Part shown: in pieces, positions 56,035 to 64,000 of the stretch | Layout: every line of letters starts with the position of its first letter | How positions within the stretch are numbered: position 1 is the first letter of the stretch | Assembly: GCF_009914755.1 (NCBI RefSeq) | Contig: NC_060935.1 | DNA length: 64,000 bases | Strand: one strand, 5' to 3' | Origin: the human T2T-CHM13v2.0 reference genome, Homo sapiens | Program-made: the position numbers and the translations under genes | The notes under the pieces: generated by a model | What the model saw: the letters and a program-made list of their open reading frames with translations, nothing else | Told to the model about the DNA's origin: nothing | Database searches by the model: none

Positions 56035-56337
56035 GTAATTGGATGTTCTGCGGATATTGAAGCCTTGAACAATTGCCAGAGAACACTTGCAGGAGGTCCA
56101 CTCCTGATGTTTCTGAATACACAGGTTCAATGGACATGGTGGAAACTCTGGCATACATTTACTTCTCATAGGAATTTAATATGTATGAATATTATCATAG
56201 CTGCACCCTGTAAAAAGGCAAATTCCAAATGAGCATGAAATAAAAGAATTGCTCCTGCCTTTGAACTACATAATTTTGACAAGTGATTCTTGGCTTAATT
56301 ATGACTAACTTAGGCTCTTTTGACATGCATATTAAAT

Positions 56338-56432
56338 AAAAAGAAAAGAAAGAAAGGGAAAGAACAAGGAAGGGAAGTAGAAAGAAAAGAAGGAAGGAAG
56401 GGAGGGAGGGAAAGAGGGAGGAAGGAAGGAAA
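56338..56432. repeat. GA-rich polypurine tract in the last intron
   Basis: About 95 nt of almost pure A/G (AAAG, AAGG, GAGG units). Confidence 0.9.
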
Positions 56433-57594
56433 CCAGTCAACTTCCTTTCATCCTGGAAAAGTTTCTAAGTTCTTTTATTAAACTGTCAATGTTAGGGGAA
56501 AAAAGTCCTCTCAAGTTGTTTTGCTTTGTTTAATTATCAGAGTGCCTAAGGTGGGGACCTGCAGCTCTTGCTACAGCATTTCATTAATAGTGATTATTTC
56601 CCTGTCTTTTTGGAGGGGTTTTCATGAGACATCCTCATGTGTCATTAAGACTAAAAAACTGACCATTCTCTCCCTTCAAAGCTCATGAAGAGCTGGAGTG
56701 GTAGCTGATTTGGAACAATCATTAGTTAGTGTCAAATATCTGCCAAAATATCTGTTTAAGATTCCCATGATTAAACATGTTAAAACTAGGAGCCTACTTG
56801 GTCCCATCAAACCCTGGCTCAGCTTCAAGCATCAGTGGAAGCTTCCCAACTTGCCTCTTTATGCTGTTAAAAATGTATTTTTTTTTTCTGGGAAAGTATC
56901 ATCTTAAGATGTAGCCCCAGTAGAAAAAGGATACTATCAGACCTCATATAGAAAAAGGTCCATGGTCCCATCTGTACCTTCAGTCCCAGAGAACTAAATG
57001 ACCAGGACACAGGGAGACCTCTGTTACTTATTTGATAATTATGTGGAATTATAAAGGTATATTTACATTAGTACATAAAATTTTTAATGAATTTATAAGT
57101 ATTTATATACCTAACTATGCACTATCCCCTTCATAGTCACCATGAGAGATTTTATGCAAACCTTACTGGACCCCATCTTGGACTTGCCTGAAGATTGTTG
57201 GGGGTACTTTCAAATAGCTTCTTAAATGACAAATTGCTATCTTTTAGGGATTTATTTTTGGAAAGAATCTCGCTTGGAATAAGTACAGCAAACAGGTCAT
57301 GTGAAAAGTTGGAAATCCCAGGGAGGCCTCCCAAGCAGGGATTGAGTGCAGGTGATGTGTGAAATTGAACTGCTAGCAGAATCCCAGTGAGCAGTACCCT
57401 GGAGGGTCTGTCAGTCCTTCCTTTCTTTCTACTCTTTCTCTAGTTTTTTTCCTAGCATTTTTTTCTAGTCATTTTTTATAGCCTTCTTGAAGTTTGTCTC
57501 AAAATGCTGAAAGTTGTTTTGAGTATAAAAATTGCAGACTGCTAATTTATATTCCATGTCTCAACTGGCTAACACATGTTTCTTTGATGTACAG

Positions 57595-57645
57595 AATGGA
57601 AGAGTCTGTTGTTCTGTGGATTTTGAGTGTCTTCAAAATAATTGA
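57595..57645 (+). CDS. NELL1: NELL1 terminal coding exon (about exon 20) with stop codon
   Basis: Branch-like ggCTAAC at 57567-57573, acceptor gtacAG|. Translates NGRVCCSVDFECLQNN then TGA at 57643-57645. Confidence 0.96.
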   Translation, partial: NGRVCCSVDFECLQNN

Positions 57646-58058
57646 AGTATTTACAGTGGACTCAACGCAGAAGAATGGACGAAATGACCATCCAACGTGA
57701 TTAAGGATAGGAATCGGTAGTTTGGTTTTTTTGTTTGTTTTGTTTTTTTAACCACAGATAATTGCCAAAGTTTCCACCTGAGGACGGTGTTTGGAGGTTG
57801 CCTTTTGGACCTACCACTTTGCTCATTCTTGCTAACCTAGTCTAGGTGACCTACAGTGCCGTGCATTTAAGTCAATGGTTGTTAAAAGAAGTTTCCCGTG
57901 TTGTAAATCATGTTTCCCTTATCAGATCATTTGCAAATACATTTAAATGATCTCATGGTAAATGTTGATGTATTTTTTGGTTTATTTTGTGTACTAACAT
58001 AATAGAGAGAGACTCAGCTCCTTTTATTTATTTTGTTGATTTATGGATCAAATTCTAA

Positions 58059-58064
58059 AATAAA
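58059..58064 (+). terminator. Proximal polyadenylation signal
   Basis: AATAAA with upstream TGTA and U-rich elements and a downstream GU-rich tract (gttgcctgttgtgacttttgt). Confidence 0.7.
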
Positions 58065-58307
58065 GTTGCCTGTTGTGACTTTTGTCCCATCTACTGCATA
58101 CTTAGTGCTGAGATCCCTGTAAAATGTTTTGATGAAAATATGTATGTAGAGTCCAGTCGCATTATACATACATTTCATAGTGCTGAACCTTCTTAAATGC
58201 CTACTCATTCAGCTTAAACAGGCTGAAGCCAAGTATGACAAAGAGGGGAAGGGCCAAAAACATAATCAAAGAATAATTTTAAAGAGAATTCTTGTCTCTC
58301 TTGCAAA

Positions 58308-58321
58308 AATAAAAAAATAAA
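58308..58321 (+). terminator. Tandem AATAAA signals inside a genomic A-rich tract
   Basis: AATAAA at 58308-58313 and 58316-58321 within the A-rich stretch 58305-58332. Confidence 0.4.
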
Positions 58322-59598
58322 AATACAAAAAATTTAACCTGCAATTTAGAAGCAGCAATGTTTAAAGCTTTTCTTGGCTTTGAAAGCAAAATTACCTTTG
58401 TGTCAGATTTATGTAGTACTTGATCCTTTATAAAGCATCCCAGTTAGTTACTAATAAAGTTATAATCATAGTACATGTCAGAAGTATTGTCCCTATATTA
58501 CAGAAGTGTGAATTAAGGAGTTCCAGTCAACTAATTTGTTGATTTACAGTGTGTTGGGATTGGTAATCAAGTCTCCTAATTCCTGTTCCGTGCTTTTTTC
58601 TACTAAACTACATTGCCTCTCATATACATGAAGGAGACACCTTTAAGATAATCTATTTGTATGCTCAGAAGTTATTTTGGAACAGTGAATGTTTCCACTT
58701 GAGCCAATACCATATTTTTAAGAATTGGCAGTTATTAAGTTTTACAAAATGAATAAATGCTCAAATGACATTATATCTGAGCTGAGAATTCAAGCTTGGT
58801 TATAGTTTCAGGTAAATCACATCTCAGTGGTTTGTGATACCCACAGCTCTTGAATTCATCATTACTCTGAATTAAGTTGGTTTTTGGATTCTCATTCACT
58901 CCACAACTTAAAAAAAGACCTGACTAGTTAAGTCAGTCATGCTAAAAAAATTTAAATATCAAATTTTAGCCAAATTATTAATTTAAAATTACATGCTTAG
59001 ACAACTATTATTCATTGGTATTTGTCCAGTGGAAATGATACCCAATTTTTTTTGTGAAGATGAAGTTCATTACATAAAATCAATTTTATGTATTGAATTA
59101 TGATAACAGCAGTTTAAATACTACATTTGACAAAGACTAATATGGTAAATTGGAACACATCTCTGTTTTAATTCCCTAAATGAAACCTTGAAGAGAATTT
59201 TAATAATATTTTTTGAAAAATTTACAACAATTAAAAAAAATCTTTTCAATTTTTGTTGGAAAAAAACAAAGACATTTACAAGAATTATTTGTGACTGAAT
59301 ATGTCAGGGATTGGTGAACTATGACCTCGTGTTAAATCTCATTATTAATAGCATAAAAGCATTGTGATTCAGTGGAATATGAGGAAAGATGAAAGTTCCA
59401 CACATTAACTAGACACATATCTAATGAACACAATTTTGCCTCATTTGTTACAGCCAGGTTGCATATGAATATATGTGTGTATATATATGTTATATATAAC
59501 ATTGTATATTTGTTATATATACTACATATGAATCTATATTCATGCATCCTACAATACATTTATATTTAAATCTACTCATACATAACATATATATGTAA

Positions 59599-59600
<2 letters not shown>

Positions 59601-59638
<38 letters not shown>
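59601..59638. repeat. (AC)19 microsatellite
   Basis: Counted directly. Confidence 0.95.
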
Positions 59639-59646
<8 letters not shown>

Positions 59647-60689
59647 TCATTCCCAGAACTTCCCCAATTCTGAACTTTATAGATCTGTGCTTATGTACTG
59701 ATATGAACTTTTAAAATACATTTTCTTTGAATTGTGGTTACAAACATATGGCTGCAGGCTATAGGTTAGATTATATACTAATTGGGTACAGTCTTCATCT
59801 ACCAGTATTTAGCATAGTGCCTTCCATATAGTGGGTTTTCAATTAAGTCTTTCAAATATTGAATTCATAATTTTTCATAGTATCAAAAATTTATGATATT
59901 GGAAACCCACTCTAGTGGTTTTCAAATATTCTTAAGCATGAGACTCATTTTAAAAATCAGAATGTATTCAGTCCTTCAATGTGGAAATTGGCTAAAAGCA
60001 GAGTTTTTCTGATTGGTGTGGGTGTTGGAACTGGAATACCTTCACACACTCCACCACAGCTCACAACTTTCAACGGCGCACAGCTGGAAAGCCACTGACC
60101 TATTTCTTCACCTTAACTTCTACAAAAAAGGAAATCAGCACTCAGAGTGGTTAAGTGACTTGCCCAGAGTTAACAACTAATTAGTCATAGATGACCTATA
60201 ACTACCACCCAACCCACACCTTTTTTCCCTGTGCCATTCTGCTAAGAATTCCAAATGTGTTTCCACATTTCAATCCCAAGTGAGCTTTTTAAACTCCTTT
60301 TGAATGGATGACATTAAAAGACAATCTTGGATGAGGTGTAGTATTTGTTATTGTCTTTGTTCTATGTCCCATCTGACTGTGACTTTGCTTTATTAAAATT
60401 CTGGTAACGGGTTATGTGAAACATTTGTATTTAAAGACCATATAGCATATCTAAACCCATAATAGCAATGAGCCATCTACCCAATCACCCAACTTTATGC
60501 TTTATAGGAAAATAACTGAGGGAAAATAAAAACATTTTCCAAAGGCAACTATTTCTTTTCTTAGGATTAGAAAACACACACACACACACTCCTCAGAATA
60601 CAATAGAATCTGGCATTAAGAGGTAATATGTATAGCCTGTTTTATGATTTTGTTGTTCATTCACCCTTTACTATTTATTAATTCAGTGG

Positions 60690-61190
60690 TAGTGTGGCAG
60701 GCTCTGCAAATTCAGAGATGAATAAGACAAAAATTACTCTTTATGGCTTTTGCAGCCTCGTATGTAAAAGACTGACAATAAGCTAGAAAATAATTGAGAA
60801 ATATAACTACTATATTAATAATAGGAAAAAAATTGTGAAGTGATAAATTGGGGAGGAACTGGATAATCTCACTAGATATAGGGTGAGGTGACCAAGGAAG
60901 AGCTTTCTAAGGGGGTAATAGGCAAGCTGCGACCAGGAGAATGGGAAAGAGCCATACATACAAAGTGCTATGGAAATACTTTTCCAGGCAAGAGAAATAA
61001 GTGCATAAGGACTGCAAGGTGGAAAGAAGTATGGTGTGTTGAAGGTCATCAGTGGAGCCAGAAGCCAGTAAGTGAAGGGACAAATGATACAAGGCTGAAG
61101 AGGAAGGCTGGAGCAGATGTTGCAGCCCATAGTCCTAATATAGCCAGTCCCATGTTCATTCTGAGATCAATGGGAACCTATTAAACAATT
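60690..61190 (-). mobile_element. L2 LINE fragment
   Basis: Degenerate antisense-L2 phrases (gagatgaataagaca, ttccaggcaagagaaataagtgcataagg); boundaries approximate. Many other MIR and L2 remnants are not listed individually. Confidence 0.55.
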
Positions 61191-63392
61191 ATACATTTAT
61201 TTACCCACTCTTTCAGGGACTTACATGTTTATACAATCTGCTTTTTAGCTTTGAATTAATTCATATTTAATTACTATTCAGTAAACATTACAGAATTCCT
61301 GTTACGTACCTAGCAAGAATATAAGAAGAAAAATACATCATCTTTTCCATTAGAAATTTAATATCTAGATTGAGTTATCATAAAGCAATAAAAAGATGAC
61401 ATAATATGCCCATAAATAAATTCAAAGAATGCTTACCAAAAAATAGAGCCTTTACACTTATTTGCTGCCTCTTCAGTACCCTCATTTGATTTCTTAGTTC
61501 TTGCCCTTTGCAATCATAATCAGTTGTCTAGTTCAATACTGTGATGTCATCCTATACTATAGTTTCAAACTGGGATAAGGAAACAGAGAGGAAGAAGAGA
61601 ATCTGTTTCATTAGTCTAGAGACAGTAACAACTACCCCCACTATTACAACAGCACTAGAATGTAGTAGTCAGCTCTCCAAGTTGGGGTCCACCATATAAT
61701 GCAAAGCTTTTGGGTGGAAATAATTTAGGTTACCAGAAAAAAAAAGATATTTATATAATTTCCAGCAACCTTTCAATACATGGAGTTATTAATTTTTTAA
61801 AAAATAAAAGGTTTATTTTTGAGGCAGCAAATCAATATTTTAGGAACTGAGAAGCCAAATATCAGAAACATTTAAACACATGGAAATTAACATTTATCTA
61901 GATTAAATGGCAGTTGATATGCCAATCTCATATGATAAAAAAATGCACAACGTTAAGAGGGACATTTACATACTTTTATAATATTTTAGCACTGTTGTTT
62001 CAATAATGTAATGAGCAAAATGAATTTAAGTGTGGGAAATGGTAATGTTTCTTTTAAATGCAAAATCAAATCACCTTCAATAATATTGGAAAAAGAACTG
62101 ATTCCTTGTGTACAAGGCATTCCTAGGGATTTTTTTTTTTTACCTAATTTCATATATGACATTTGAAAATGACTTATTTAATGAATAGGCAACTAAACTA
62201 GAAATCAGAGTTACAGAGGCTTTGAACAGATTTTAACATACCAAATTATAGGGGACAATGCGATTTAAAGAAGTCCCTAATGGAGGGAGTGATGAAAACT
62301 GCAACATCAATAAGAATGCATACCTCAAAGGTCTCCATTGATTGTTAGCTGATTATTGCCAGTTGAGAATGTGGACTCAGTATTCCTGCACTTTCTAATT
62401 TTTCAAAAAAAGGCATAAATTTGAATTTTAATGTGTGATATGAGTTTTACATTTTTCATCCAGGTTTGAAAGAATAAATTCATACCATACAAAACACATC
62501 TATGGATTGATATGACCCATGGGATCAATTTGTCACAGACCTGGTTTAGGGCCACTGGAAAGTCTAGAAGATACCTAATACTCCAAATTTTATAGGTCAA
62601 TAGATCAATTGCTCTGCTCCTTATCCTAACTGCACTCTTCCCCCATTTTTCATTCACTGTAATTATATGGCACTTACTGGTACCTAATCCCCAGAATTTA
62701 TTCAGTGTTTTGTGTTTTCAGCAAAGTATGAATGTGGGTATTTCTAGTAATTAGTTCATTTCTACCAGAAGGAGAACACTTGCTTCTCAAGTGAGTGGAA
62801 CATCAGCATCCTACCTTACTGTTAGAAGGCATCATCAGCCACCATAAATATTTCCATTTCTGAAACAAATGATATGTTTGTAGGATGTACTCATTCAAAA
62901 GGTTTAAGATTGAAATGTCTTATTTGTTACCTGAACTGTGCATTGTCCAGACAACAACTATGGATTAATTGTCATAGGTGTACTGATGATGATTAAATTT
63001 TATGGCAGTTTGTTGAAAGAACATGACAGTTGGACCCAAGATCTTCCCCGCTCCAGCCTCACTCTGATTCACAACCAGACAAAGCAAAGGAGACCGGGGA
63101 AGTCCAGGTAGACAGAGTCAATGGAAAGCATAAGGAGCTGCTGGCAGGCTCTTGGGGCATCACCTGGAGAGGTAAAGAAAGAAAAGCCCAGAATACCCTC
63201 TTCATAACAATAACAGAGCATCTTGGTAGCTGCAGTCCAACTGAGAAAGGAGTGCTCATCATTCATTTTTGTTATTCAGCATATAAGAAAAGATGCAGAG
63301 AATAAATACAGGTACAGCAGACCTAAAAAAATTTGTGATTAAAGAGAGTGAAAACAGACTCCCTATGTAATGTGGAGAGCATCAAAATTAAG

Positions 63393-63852
63393 AGTAGCTT
63401 GTGTTTCCTGTGGCTGCTGTTAACATATTATAATACACCTGGTGTCTTAAAACAAGAGATTTATTCTCTCACAGTTCTGGAGTCTGGAAGTCTGAAATCA
63501 AGGTGTCAGCAGGGCTATGATCCCTCCAAGAGGCTCTAGGGAAAAATACTTCCTTACATCTTTCAGCTTCAGATGGCTCCAGGTAATCCTTGGCTTGTGG
63601 CCCCATTACTCTGATTTCTGCCACTGTGGTCACATTGTCTGCTTCTCTTCTCTGTGTGTCTCCTATAAGGACAATTGCTATGGGATTTGGGGCCCACTAA
63701 ATAATCCAATATTACCTCCTCATTTCAATATGCTTAACTTAATTATATCTGTAAAGACACTTTTTCCAAATAAGGTAACATTCACAGGTTCTGGGGATTT
63801 GGACACGGACTTATAAATTTATGTCAGGGGGCATCATTTAGCTGACAAAACA
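63393..63852 (-). mobile_element. MLT1 (MLT1C-like) MaLR LTR
   Basis: tttattctctcacagttctggagtctggaagtctgaaatcaaggtgtcagcagggc...tttccaaataaggtaacattcacaggttctgggg. Confidence 0.8.
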
Positions 63853-64000
63853 TTGATTGATCAAGAAAGCCTAAAAAATCTTAATTTAATGCGATTATGT
63901 AATAAAGAGTTCTAATTCTTCTTTTCTCTACAATATAAGCCTTACTTATACACTGGACTAGATACATGTCTATATAATTCTCATTCTCATATAGAAAAGA

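Larger units (their letters stand above)
57646..58330 (+). other. NELL1: NELL1 3' UTR (3' end uncertain: about 58085, about 58330, or further)
   Basis: Repeat-free U-rich sequence after the stop. AATAAA at 58059, 58308, 58316 and 58453. Confidence 0.75.

Overview
AT-rich, CpG-poor primate genomic DNA (human or great ape, judged from AluY and L1PA3-type inserts). It holds the 3' end of NELL1 on the + strand: five coding exons (17007-17147, 42822-43015, 53390-53566, 55810-56034, 57595-57645). They splice by GT-AG in compatible phases into two calcium-binding EGF repeats plus three C-terminal VWC domains ending ...NGRVCCSVDFECLQNN*, followed by a 3' UTR with several poly(A) signals. The rest is intron or downstream DNA full of interspersed repeats: L1 (two with twin-priming inversions), AluY, MaLR/ERVL/ERV1 LTRs, Tigger/MER DNA transposons, and MIR/L2/CR1. 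Most notable observations: (1) the first ~45 nt of the last intron are an in-frame degenerate copy of the terminal coding exon; (2) a hybrid provirus has an ERV-L (MLT2A-type) 5' LTR fused at the primer-binding site to a THE1 MaLR body and 3' LTR; (3) a sense THE1 LTR has a DUX4 motif, TATA, ATG and splice donor that would splice in frame to the NELL1 C-terminal exons. Repeat family names and exon numbers come from recalled consensus sequences, not database searches. No prokaryotic-type systems (CRISPR, operons) are present.
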